Shown: in pieces, positions 12,991 to 24,488 of the stretch
Layout: each line of letters opens with the position of its first letter
Position numbering within the stretch: the first letter of the stretch is position 1
NCBI GenBank assembly: GCA_009914755.4
Contig: CP068257.2
Coordinates: 8,256,001 to 8,320,000 of the forward strand
From: the human T2T-CHM13v2.0 reference genome, Homo sapiens
DNA: 64,000 nt
Direction of reading: 5' to 3'
Translations under genes and position numbers: made by a program
The notes under the pieces: model-generated
Database searches by the model: none
Told to the model about the DNA's origin: nothing
The model's input: only the letters and a program-made list of their open reading frames with translations

Positions 12991-15900
12991 TCACAAAGAA
13001 GTTTCTCAGAAGGCTTCAGTGCAGTTTTTATGTGAAGGTATTTCCCTTTCCACCATAAGCCACAAAGGTCTCCAAATATCCACTTGCAGATTCTACAAAA
13101 AGAGTGCTTCAAAACTGCTCAATCAAAAGAAAGTTTTATCTCTGGGAGATGAATGCATACATCATAGGGAAATTTCTCAGAATGCTTCTGTGTAGTTTTT
13201 ATGTGAAGATATTTCCTTTTCCAAAAAGCCTCAAAGCCCACCAAATATCTACTTGCTGATTCTACAAAAAGAGTGTTTGAAGTATGCTGAATTAAAAGAC
13301 AGGTTCAACTCTGTGAGATGAATGCACAAATCACGTAGAAGTTTGTGAGAATGCTTCTGTGTAGTTTCTATTTGAAGATATTTCCTTTTCCTCCATAGAC
13401 CACAAATTGCTCCAAATATCCACTTCCAGATTCTAGAAAAAGAGAGATCCAAAATTGCTCAATCAAAAGAAAGGTTCAAGACTGTGAGTTGAAGACACAA
13501 ACCACAAAGAAGTTTCTCAGAATGCTTCTGTGTAGTTTTTATGTGAAGATATTTCATTTTCCCAATAGGCCTCCAAGCCCACCAAATATCCACCTGCTGA
13601 TTCTACAAAAAGAGTGTGTCAAATCTGCTCAATCAAAAGACAGGTTCAACTCTGGGAGATGAATGCACACATCACAGGGAAGTTTCCCAGAATGCTTCTG
13701 TGTAGTTTATATGTGAAGATATTTCCTTTCCCAAACTAGACCTCAAAGCGCTCCAAATATCCACTTGCAGATTCTACCAAAAGAGTGTTTCAAAACTGCT
13801 CAAAGAAAAGAATGGTTCAACTCTGTGAGATGAATGCACACATCACAAAGAAGTTTCTCAGAATGCTTCTGTGTAGTTTTTATGTGAAGATACTTCCTTT
13901 TCCAAAATAAGCCTAAAAATCCCTCCAAATATCCACTTGCAGATTCTACAAAAAGAGTGTTTCAAAACTGCTCAATCAAAAGAAAAGTTCAAATCTATGT
14001 GATGAATGCACTCATCACAAATTAGTTTCTCAGAATGATTAGTTTCTCAGAATGTTTCACAGTAGTTTTTATGTGAAATTATTTCGTTTTCCACAATAGG
14101 CCTCAAAGCGCTCCAAACATCCTCTTGCAGATTCTACAAAACAGTGTTTCAAAACTCCTCAATCAAAAGAAAGTTTCAACACTGTGAGATGAATGCACAC
14201 ATCACAAAGTAGTTTCTCAGAATGCCTCTGTGTGGTTTTTATGTGAAGATATTTGTTTTTCCACAGTAGGCCTCAAAGGGCTCCAAATATCCACTTGCAG
14301 ATTCTACAAAAACTGTGTTTCAAAACTGCTCAATCAAAAGAAACTGTCAACTCTGTCAAATGAATGCACACATCACAAAGAAGTTTCTCAGAATCCTTCT
14401 GTGTAGTTTTTATGTGAAGATATTTCATTTTCCACAATAGGACACAGAGTGCCCCAGGTATCCACTTTCAGATTCTACAAAGAGAGTGTTTCAAAACTGC
14501 TCAATCATAAGATAGTTTCAACTCTGTGGGATGAATGCACACATCACAAAGAAGTTTCTCAGAATGCTTCTGTGTAGTATTTATTTGAAGATATTTCCTC
14601 TTTCTCCATAGACTACAAAGGTATCCAAATATCCTCTTGCAGATTCTACAAAAAGAGAGATTCAAAACTGATCTATCAAAAGATAGGTTCAACTCTGTGT
14701 GTTGAATGCTCACATGGCAAAGAAGTTTCTCAGAATACTTCTGTGTAGTTTTTATGTGAAGATATTTCCTTTTCCACTATAGTCCTCAAAGTGCTCAAAG
14801 TATCCACTTGCAGATTCTACAGAAAGAGTGTTTCAAAATTGCTCAATCAAAAGAAATGTACAACTCTGTGAGATGAATGCACACATCACAAAGTACTTAC
14901 TCAGAATGCCTCTGCATAGTTTTTATGTGAAAATATTTACTTTTCCACAGTAGGCATCAAGGCGCTCAAAATATCCTCCTGCAGATTTTACAAAAACCGT
15001 GTTTCAAAACTGCTCTACCAAAAGAAAGGTTCACATCTGTGAGATGAATGCACACATCACAAAGAAGATTCTCATAATGCTTCTGTGCAATTTTTATGTG
15101 AAGATGTTACTTTTCCACAGTAGGCCTCAAAGTGCTTCAAATTTCAACTTGAAGATTATACAAAGAGAGTGTTTCAAAACTGCTCAATCATAAGATAGCT
15201 TCAACTCTGTGTGGTGAATGCACACATCAAATGAAGTTACTCAGAATGCTTCTTTATAGTTTTTATGTTATCATATTTACTTGTCCACAATAGGCCTCAA
15301 AGTGCTCCAAATATCCTCTTCCAGATTTTTCAAAAACAGTGTTACAAAAATGCTCTACCAAAAGAAAGGTTCAACACTGTGAGATGAATGCACACAACCA
15401 AAAGAAGATTCTCAGAATGCTTCCGTGTAGTTTTTATTTCATGATACTTCCTTTTCCTCCATAGGCTGAAAAGGGCTTCAAATATCTACTTGCAGATTCG
15501 ACATAAAGAGAGATTCAAAACTACTGAATCAAAAGATAGATTCAACTCTGTGTTATGAATGCACTCATCACAAAGATGTTTCTCAGAATGCTTCTGCATA
15601 GTTTTTATGTGAAGATATTTACTTTTACACCATAAGCTTCAAAACTCTCTAAATATCCACTGCAGATTCTACAGAAAGAATGATCCCAAACAGCTCAAAC
15701 AAAAGAAATGTTCAACTCTGTCAAATGAATGCACACATCACAAAGAACTTCCTCAGAATGCTTCTGTGTAATTTCTACGTGAAGATATTTCATTTTCCAC
15801 AATAGGCCTCAAAGAGCTCCAAATATCCACTTGCAGATTCTAGAAAAAGAATGTGAAAACTGCTCAATCAACAGAAAGGTTCAACTCTGTGAGATGAATG

Positions 15901-18306
15901 CATACGTCACAAAGAAGTTTCTCAGAATGTTTCCATGTGTTTTTTTTTTTTGAAGATATTTCCTTTTCCACAATAGGCACCAAAGCGCTCCAGATACCCA
16001 CTTTCAGATTCTTCCAACAGAGGGTTTCAAAATTGCTCAAAAGATAGGTTCAAGTGTATGAGTTGAATGCACACAACAGCAAAAATTTTCTCAGAATGCT
16101 TCTGTGTAGTTTTTATGTGAAGATACTTCCTTTTCCACCATAGGCCGCAAAGGGCTCCAAATATCCACTTGCAGATTCTACAGAAGGAGAGATTCAAAAC
16201 TACTCATTCAAAGGTAGCTTCAACTCTGTGAGTTGAGTGCACACATCACAAAGAAGTTTCTCAGAATGCTTCTGTGTAGTTTTTATGTGAAGATATTTCC
16301 TTTTGCAATATATGCCGCAAAGGCCTCCAAATACCCATTCCAGACTCTTCAAAAAGAGAGTTTCAAAACTGCTCCATCAAAAGATAGGTTCAACTCCATG
16401 AGATGAATGCACACATCACAAAAAGTTTCTCAGAATGCTTCTGTGTAGTTTTTATGTAATGATATTTTTTTTTCCACCATGGGCCGCAAAGGGCTGCAAA
16501 TATCCACTTCCAGATTCCACAGAAAGAGAGACTCAATACTGCTCAATCAAAAGATAGATTCAACCCTGTGAGTTGAATGACCAGATCACAGAGAAATTTC
16601 TCAGAATGCTTCTGTGTAGTTTTTATGTGAAGATGATATTTCCTTTTCCACTAGAGGCCTCTAAGTGCTACAAATATCAACTTGCACATTCTGCAAAACG
16701 AGTGTTTCCTAACTGTTCAACCAAAAGAAACGTTCAACACTCTGAGGTGAATGCACACATCACAAAGAAGTTTCTCAAAATTCTTCTGTGTAGTTTTTAT
16801 GTGAAGATATTTCCTTTTCCATATTAGGCTGCATAGGGCTCCCAATATCCACTTGCAGATTATTGAAAAAGAGAGTTTCAAAACCGCTTAATCAAAAAAT
16901 ACGTTCAACTCTGTGAATAGAATGAATACATCACAAAGAAGTTTCTCAGAATGCTTGTGTGTACTTTTTATGAGAAGATACTTCCTTTTCCACCATAGGC
17001 CACAAGGGTTTCCTAATATCCACTTGCAGATTCTACAAAAAGAGAGTTTCAAAACTGGTCAACCAAAAGATAGGTTCAACCCTGTGAGTTGAATGCATGC
17101 ACAACAAAGAAGTTTCTCACAATAGTTTTTTGTAGTTTTTATGTGAAGATATTTCCTTTTCCACTGTAAGCCTCAAAGTGCTTCAAATATTAAATTGCAG
17201 ATTCTACAGAAAGAGTGTTTCCAAACTGCTAAAACTAAAGAAAAGTTCAACTCTGTCAGATGAATGCACACATCATGATGAAGTTTCTCAGAATGTTTCT
17301 GTGTAGTTTTTATGTGAAGATATTTCCTTTTCCACAATAGGCCTTAAAGCACTCCAAATATCCATTGAAGATTCTACAAAAAGTGTTTCCAAACTGCTCA
17401 ATCAAAACAAAGGTTCAACTCTGTGAGATGAATGTACACGTCACAAAGAAGTTTCTCAGAATGTTTCTGTGTAGTTTTAAAGTGAAGATATTTCCTTTTA
17501 CACCATAGGCCACAAATGGCTCCAATATCCACTTGCAGGCTCTAGAAAAAGAGAGTTTCAAAACTTCTTGATCAAACGATAGGTTCAACTCTGGAAGGTG
17601 AATGTACACGTCACAAAAAGTTTCCCAGAATGCCTCTGTATTTTTCATGTGACGACATTTCCTTTACCACCATAGGACTCAAAACCCTCCAAATATCCAC
17701 CTACAGATTCTACAAAAAGAGTGTTTCCAAACTGCACAATCAAAAGAAAAGTTCAACTCTGTGTGATGAATGCACACATCACAAAGCAGTTTCTCAGGAT
17801 GCTTCTGTATAGTTTTTATTTGAGGATATTTTCTTTTATACCATAGGCCACAAAGGGCTCCAAATATCCACTTGCAGATTCTACAAAAAGAGAGTTTCAA
17901 GACTGCTGTATCAAAATATAGGTTCAACTCTGTGTGTTGAATACACAAATAACAAAGAAGTTTCTCAGAATGCTTCTGTGAAGTTTTTATGTGAAGATAT
18001 TTCCTTTTCTACAATAGGTCACATAGCGCTCCAAATATCCACTTGCAGATTCTACAGAAACAGTGTTTCAACCTGCACAATCAAAAGAAATATTCAACTC
18101 TGTGAGATGAATGCACACATCACCAAGAAATTTCTCAGAACGCTTCTGTTTAGTTTTTATGTGAAGATGTTTCCTTTTGCACCATAAGCCACAAAGGGCT
18201 CCATATATCCACTTCCAGATTCTACAAAAAGATATTTTCAAAACTGTTCAACCAAAAGATATGTTCAACTCTGACAGTTGAATGCACACACTGCAAAGAA
18301 GTTTCT

Positions 18307-18328
18307 CAGAGTACTGCTGTGTATTTTT
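18307..18328. repeat. Left copy of the L1#1 target-site duplication (alpha monomer segment cagagtactgctgtgta + T-run).
   Basis: The same monomer segment, cagtttgcttctgtgtagtt, recurs immediately after the L1 5' end at 24495-24516. The interrupted monomer resumes in phase with a ~17-20 bp overlap. Copies have diverged, with about 13 of 17 positions matching. Confidence 0.6.
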
Positions 18329-18561
18329 TTTAGAATTTATTTTATTTTATTATTATTACACTTTAAGTTTTAGGGTACATGTTCACATTGTGCAGCTTAG
18401 TTACATATGTGTACACGTGACATGTTGGTAGGCTGCACCCATTAACTTGTCATTTAGCATTAGGTATATCTCCGAATGCTATCTCTCCCCCCTCCCCCAC
18501 CCCACATCTCTCCCCAGAGTGTGATGTTCCCCTTCCTGTGTCCATGTGTTCTCATTGCTCA

Positions 18562-21500
18562 ATTCCCACCTATGAGTGAGAACATGCAGTGTTGGGTTTT
18601 TTGTCCTTGCGATAGTTTACTGAGAATGGTGATTGCCAATTTCATCCATGTCCCTACAAAGGACACGAACTCATCATTTTATGGCTCCATAGTATTCCAT
18701 GGTGTATATGTGCCACATTTTCTTAATCCACTCTGTTATTGTTGGACATTTGGGTTGGTTCCAAGTCTTTCTTATTGTGAATAGTGCTGCAATAAACTTA
18801 TGTGTGCATGTGTCTTTATAGCAGCATGATTTATAGTCCTTGGGTATATACCCAGTAATGAGATGGCTGGGTCAAATTGTATTTCTAGTTCTACATCCCT
18901 GAGGAATGACCACACTGACTTCCACAATGGTTGAACTAGTTTACAGCCCCACAAAAAGTGTAAAAGTTTTCCTATTTCTCCACATCCTCTCCAACACCTG
19001 TTGTTTCCTGAATTTTAATGATTGCCATTCTAACTGGTGTGAGATGGTATCTCATTGTGGTTTTGATTTGCATTTCTCTGATGGCCAGTTAAGGATGAGC
19101 ATTTTTTCATGAGTTTTTTGGTTGCATAAATGTCTTCTTTTGAGAAGTGTCTGTTCATGTCCTTCGCTCACTTTTTGATGGGGTTGTTTGTTTTTTCTTG
19201 TAAATTTGTTTGAGTTCATTGCAAATTCTGGATATTAGCCCTTTGTCAGATAAGTAGGTTGTGAAAACTTTCTCCCATTTTGTACATTGCCTGTTCACTC
19301 TGATGGTAGTTTCTTTTGCTGTGCAGAAGCTCTTTAGTTTAATTAGATCCCATTTGTCAATTTTGGCTTTTGTTGCCATTGCTTTTGGTGTTTTAGACAT
19401 GAAGTCCTTGCCCATGCCTATGTCCTGAATGGTAATGCCTGTGTTTTCTTCTAGGATTTTTATGGTTTTAGGTCTAACGTTTAAGTTTTTAATCCATCTT
19501 GAATTAATTTTTGTATAAGGTGTAAGGAAGGGATCCAGTTTCAGCTTTCTACATATGGCTAGCCATTTTTCCCAGCTCCATTTATTAAACAGGGAATCCT
19601 TTTCCATTGCTGGTTTTGTTCAGGTTTATCAAACATCAGATAGTTTTAGATATGCAGCGTTATTTCTGAGGGCTCTGTTCTGTTCCATTGATCTATTTCT
19701 CTGTTTTGGTACCAGTACCATGCTGTCTTGGTTACTGTAGCCTTGTAGTATAGTTCGAAGTCAGGGAGCGTGATGCCTCCAGCTTTGTGCTTGTGGCTTA
19801 GGATTGACTTGGTGATGAGGGATCTTTTTTGATTCCATATGAACTTTAAAGTAGTTTTTTCCAATTCTGGGAAGAAAGTCATTGGTAACTTGATGGGGAT
19901 GACATTGAATCTATAAATTACTTTGGGCTGTATGGCCATTTTCACGATATTGATTCTTCCTACCAATGAGCATGGAATGTTCTTCCATTTCTTTGTATCC
20001 TCTTTTATTTCATTGAGGAGTGGTTTGTAGTTCTCCTTGAAGAGGTCATTCACGTCCCTTGTAAGTTGGATTCCTAGGTATTTTATTCTCTTTGAAGCAA
20101 TTGTGAATGGGAGTTCACTCATGGTTTGGCTCTCTGTTTGTCTGTTATTGGTGTATAAGAATGCTTGTGATTTTAGTACATTGATTTTGTATCCTGAGAC
20201 TTTGCTGAAGTTGCTTATCAGCTTAAGGAGATTTTGGGCTGAGACAATGGGGTTTTCTAGATATACAATCATGTCTTCTGCAAACAAGCACAATTTGACT
20301 TCCTCTTTTCCTAATTGAATACCCTTTATTTCCTTCTCGTGCCTAATGGCCCTGGCCAGAAATTCCAACATTATGTTGAATAGGAGTGGTGAGAGAGGGC
20401 ATCCCTGTCTTGTGCCAGTTTCCAAAGGGAATGCTTCCAGTTTTTGCCCATTCAGTATGATATTGGCTGTGGGTCTGTCATAGCTAGCTCTTATTATTTT
20501 GAGATACGTCCCATCAATACCTAATTTATTCAGAGTTTTAAGCATGAAGTGTTGTTGAATTTTGTCAAAGGCCTTTTTTGCATCTATTGAGATAATCAGG
20601 TGGTTTTTGTCTTCGGTTCTGTTTATATGCTGGATTACATTTATTGATTTGCATATATTGAACCAGCCTTGCATCCCAGGGATGAAGCCCACTTGATCAT
20701 GGTGGATAAGCTTTTTGGTATGCTGCTGGATTCTGTTTGCCAGTATTTTATTGAGGATTTTTGCATCAATATTCATCAAGGATATGGGTCTAAAGTTTTG
20801 TTTTTTGGTTGGGCCTCTACCCGGCTTTGGTATCTGGATGATGCTGGCCTCATAAAATGAGTTAGGAAGGATTCCCTCTTCTTCTGTTGATTGGAATAGT
20901 TTCAGAAGGAATGGTACCAGTTCCTCCTTGTGCCTCTGGTAGAATTTGACTGTGAATCCATCTGGTCCTGGACTGTTTTTCGTTGTTAAGCTATTGATTA
21001 TTGCCACAATTTCAGAGCCTCTCATTGGTCTATTCAGAGAGTCAACTTCTTCCTGGTTTAGTCTTGGGAGGGTGTATGTGTCAAGGAATTTATTCATTTC
21101 TTCTTGATTTTGTAGTTTATTTGTGTAGAGGTGTAAGTAGTAGTCTCTAATGGTAGTTCATATTTCTGTGGGATTGATGTTTATACCTGCTTTATGATTT
21201 TTTATTGCATCTATTTGATTGTTCTCTCTTTTCTTCTTTATTAGTCTTGGTAGCAGTCTATCACTTTTGTTGATCTTTTCAAAAAAACAGCTCCTGGATT
21301 CATTAATTTTTCAAGGGTTTTTTGTGTCTCTATTTCTTTCAGTTCTACTCTGATTTTACTTATTTCTTGCCTTCTGCTAGCTTTTGAATATGTTTGCTCT
21401 TGCTTTTCTAGTTCTTTTAATTGTGATGTTAGGGTGTCAATTTTCGATCTTTCCTGCTTTCTCTTGTGGGCATTTAGTGCTATAAATTTCCCTCTACACA

Positions 21501-22372
21501 CTGCTTTGAATGTGTCCCAGAGATTCTGGTATGTTGTGTCTTTGTTCTCGTTGGTTTCAAAGATCATCTTTATTTCTGCCTTCATTTCGTTATGTACCCA
21601 GTAGTCATTCAGGAGCAGGTTGTTCAGTTTCCATGTAGTTGAGTGGTTTTGAGTGAGTTTCTTAATCCTGAGTTCTAGTTTGATTGCACTGTGGTCTGAG
21701 AGACAGTTTGTTATAATTTCTGTTCTTTTACATTTGCTGAGGAGGGCTTTACTTCCAACTATGTGGTCAATTTTGGAATAGGTGCAGTGTGGTGCTGAAA
21801 AAAATGTATATTCTGTCAACTTGGGGTGGAGAGTTCTGTAGATGTCTATTAGATCCTCTGGTGCAGAGCTGAGTTCAATTCCTGGGTATACTTGTTAACT
21901 GTCGCTTTGGTCTGTCTAATATAGACAGTGGGATGTTAAAGTCTCCTATTATTAATGTGTGGGAGTCTAAGTCTCTTTGTAGGTCACTCAGGACTTGCTT
22001 TATGAATCTGGATGCTCCTGTATTGGGTGCCTATATATTTAGGATAGTTAGCTCTTCTTGTTGAATTGATCCCTTTACCATTATGTAATGGCCTTCTTTG
22101 TCTCTTTTGATCTTTGTTGGTTTAAAGTCTGTTTTATCAGAGACTAGGATTGCAACCCCTGCCTTTTTTTATTTTCCATTTACTTGGTAGATCTTACTCC
22201 ATCGTTTTATTTTGAGCCTATGTGTGTCTCTGCACGTGAGATAGGTTTCCTGAATACAGCACACTGATGGGTCTTGACTCTTTATCCAAATTGCCAGTCT
22301 ATGTCTTTAATTGGAGCATTTAGTCCATTTACATTTAGAGTTAATATTGTTATGTGTGATTTTGATCCGTCT
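18562..22372 (-). pseudogene. L1#1 ORF2 (endonuclease and reverse transcriptase) pseudogene. It is split into at least 4 frames and the start ATG is lost.
   Basis: ORF-track pieces 21241..21819 (endonuclease C-terminal part with [10 protein letters not shown]), 19646..21097 (483 aa, all reverse-transcriptase motifs) and 19155..19607 (C-terminal part). The reverse-transcriptase catalytic box reads FAEDMIVY rather than FADDMIVY. The start ATG reads AAG, with an adjacent deletion, at ~22370. The ORF ends in the ..SLIGGN-equivalent at ~18562. Confidence 0.85.
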
Positions 22373-22436
22373 TTATGATGTTAGCTGGTTATTTTGCTCT
22401 TTAGTTGATGTAGTTTCTTACTAGCCACAATGGTCT

Positions 22437-23453
22437 TTACAATTTGGCATGATTTTGCAGTGGCTGGTACTGGTTGTTTCTTTCCATGTTTAGTGCTTCC
22501 TTCAGGAGCTCTTTTAGGGCAGGCCTGGTGGTGACAAAATCTCTCAGCATTTGCTCGTCTGTAAAGTATTTTATTTCTCCTTCACTTCTGAAGCTTAGTT
22601 TGGCTGGATATCAAATTCTGGGTTGAAAATTCTTTTCTTTAAGAATGTTGAATATTGGTCCCCACTCTCTTCTGGCTTGTAGAGTTTCTGCCAAGAGATC
22701 AGCTGTTAGTCTGATGGGCTTCCCTTTGAGGGTAACCTGACCTTTCTCTCTGGCTGACCTTAACATTTTTTCCTTCATTTCAACTTTGGTGAATCTGACA
22801 ATTATGTTTCTTGGAGTTCCTCTTCTCGAGGAGTATCTTTGTGGCATTCTGTGTATTTTCTGAATCTGAATGTTGGCCTGCCTTGCTAGATTGGGGAAGT
22901 TCTCCTGGATAATATCCTGCAGAGTGTTTTCCAACTTAGTTCCAATCTCCACATCACTTTCAGGTACACCAATCAGACATAGATATGGTCTTTTCACATA
23001 GTCCCATATTTCTTGGTGGTTTTGTTAATTTCTTTTTATTCTTTTTTCTCTAAACTTCCCTTCTCACTTCATTTTATTCATTTCATCTTCCATCACTGAT
23101 ACCCTTTCTTCCAGTTGATTGCATTGTCTCCTGAGGCTTCTGCATTCTTCGCGTTGTTCTGGAGCCTTGGCTTTCAGCTCCATCAGCTCCTTTAAGCCCT
23201 TCTCTGTATAGGTTATTCTAGTTATACATTCGTCAAATTTTTTTTCAAAGTTTTTAACTTCTTTGCCTTTGGTTTGAATTTCCTCCTGTAGCTCGGAGTG
23301 GTTTGATCGTCTGAAGCCTTTTTCTCTCAACCTGTCAAAGTCATTCTCTGTCCAGCTTTGTTCCATTGCTGGTGAGGAACTGCATTCCTTTGGAGGAGGA
23401 GAGGCACTTTGTTTTTTAGAGTTTCCAGTTTTTCTACTCTGTTTTTTCCTCAT
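22437..23453 (-). pseudogene. L1#1 ORF1 pseudogene with a premature stop or frameshift.
   Basis: 23064..23453 encodes MRKKQSRKTGNSKKQSASPPPKE.., the ORF1p N-terminus and coiled coil. 22611..22997 encodes the RRM and C-terminal-domain portion, LIGVPESDVE..KVEMKEKMLR..KGKPIRLTADL, and ends prematurely. The ORF1 stop is at 22437-22439 and a ~64-bp inter-ORF spacer follows. Confidence 0.85.
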
Positions 23454-24488
23454 CTTTGTGGTTTTATCTACTTTTGGTCTTTGATGATGGTGATGTACAG
23501 TTGGGTTTTTGCTGTGGATGTCCTTTCTGTTTGTTAGTTTTCCTTCTAACAGGTAGACCCTCAGCTGCAGGTCTGTTGGAGTTTGCTAGAGTTCCACTCC
23601 AGATCCTGTTTGCCTGGGTATCAGCAGCGGTGACTGCAGAACAGTGGATTTTCATGAACCACGAATGCTGCTGTCTGATCTTTGCTCTGGAAATTTTGTC
23701 TCAGAGGACTATCCGGCTGTGTGAGGTGTCAGTCTGCCCCTACTGGGTTGTGCCTCTCAGTTAGGCTGTTCATAGTTCAGGGGTCAGGGACCCACTTGAG
23801 GAGGCAGTCTGCCCGTTCTCAGATCTCCAGCTGTGTTCTGGGAGAACCACTGTTCTCTTCAAAGCTGTCAGACAGGGACATTTAAGTCCGCAGAGGTTAC
23901 TGCTGCCTTTTTGTTTGTCTGTGCCCTGCTCTCAGATGTGGAGCCTACAGAGTCATGCAGGCCTCCTAGAGCTGTGGTGGTCTACACCCAGTTCGAGCTT
24001 TCCAGCAGCTTTGTTTACCTAAGAAAGCCTGGGCAATGGAGGTTGCCCCACCACCAGCCTTACTGCCACCTTGTACTTTGATCACAGACTGCTGTGCTAG
24101 CAATCAGTGAGACACTGTGGAGGTAAGACCCTCCGAGCCAGGTGTGGGATATAATATCCTGGTGTGCCATTTTTTAAGCCTGTTTAAAAAGTGCAGTATT
24201 AGTGTGGGAGTGACCTGATTTTCCAGGTGCCATCTGTCGCCCCTTTATTTGATTAGGAAAGGGAACTCCCTGACCACTTCCACTTCCCATGTGAGGAAAC
24301 GCCTCGCTCTGCTTCAGCCCATGCATGGCACCCTGCACCCAGTATCCTGTGCCCACAGTCTGGCACTCCCTAGTGAGATGAACCTGGTATCTCAGATGGA
24401 AATGAAGAAATCACCCATCTTCTGTGTTGCTCATGATAGGAACTGTAGAACAGAGCTGTTCCCATTTGGCCATCTTGACTGCTGCCTC
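23454..24488 (-). promoter_or_regulatory. L1#1 5' UTR, holding the internal sense promoter. The antisense-promoter region would face the alpha satellite beyond 24488. Activity is unknown and probably decayed.
   Basis: Reverse complement of the L1 5' UTR. For example, 23760-23900 is ..cagtctgcccgttctcagatctccagctg..ctgtcagacagggacatttaagtc.. and 24360-24488 is gtctggcactccctagtgagatgaacc..ggccatcttg. Confidence 0.6.

Larger units (their letters stand above)
1..18324 (-). repeat. Alpha satellite, divergent 171-bp monomers tandemly arrayed. Strand is given relative to the conventional alpha-satellite consensus orientation (AATCTGCAAGTGGATATTTGGA). The first ~3.7 kb is rich in ctgtctag-type monomers.
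   Basis: Head-to-tail ~171 bp periodicity. Each unit contains ccaaatatccacttgcagattctacaaaaagagtgtttcaaaactgctcaatcaaaagaaaggttcaactctgtgagatgaatgcacacatcacaaagaagtttctcagaatgcttctgtgtagtttttatgtgaagatatttccttttccaccataggcc, which is the reverse complement of canonical human alpha satellite. Monomers are only ~75-90% identical to one another. Confidence 0.95.
18325..24488 (-). mobile_element. Full-length LINE-1 of the primate L1PA lineage, ~6.16 kb, antisense to the window and inactive. The poly(A) is 8 nt at 18324-18331 and the canonical 5' end, ggccatcttg..., is at 24468-24488.
   Basis: The reverse complement matches the L1 3' UTR (gggtacatg..cacattgtgcag..taggtatatctcc), ORF2, ORF1 and the 5' UTR. 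The YY1-site region caagatggcc lies at the extreme 5' end. The element is flanked by a diverged TSD plus a 6-nt filler, atttgc, at 24489-24494. Confidence 0.95.

Noticed and set aside
15941-15952. The T12 run at 15941-15952 and the A11 run at 26486-26496 as retroelement tails.
   Set aside because: Short homopolymer expansions in phase with the native T-run or A-run of the monomer, with no associated element body or deletion. Simple slippage.
18476-19112. '+'-strand ORFs inside the L1s, such as 18476..18784 MLSLPPPPPHISPQSVMFPF.., 20037..20318 and 51841..52155.
   Set aside because: These are the antisense strand of L1 3' UTR and ORF2 sequence. The same peptide appears in both L1 copies because the DNA is the same element. 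They are not coding.
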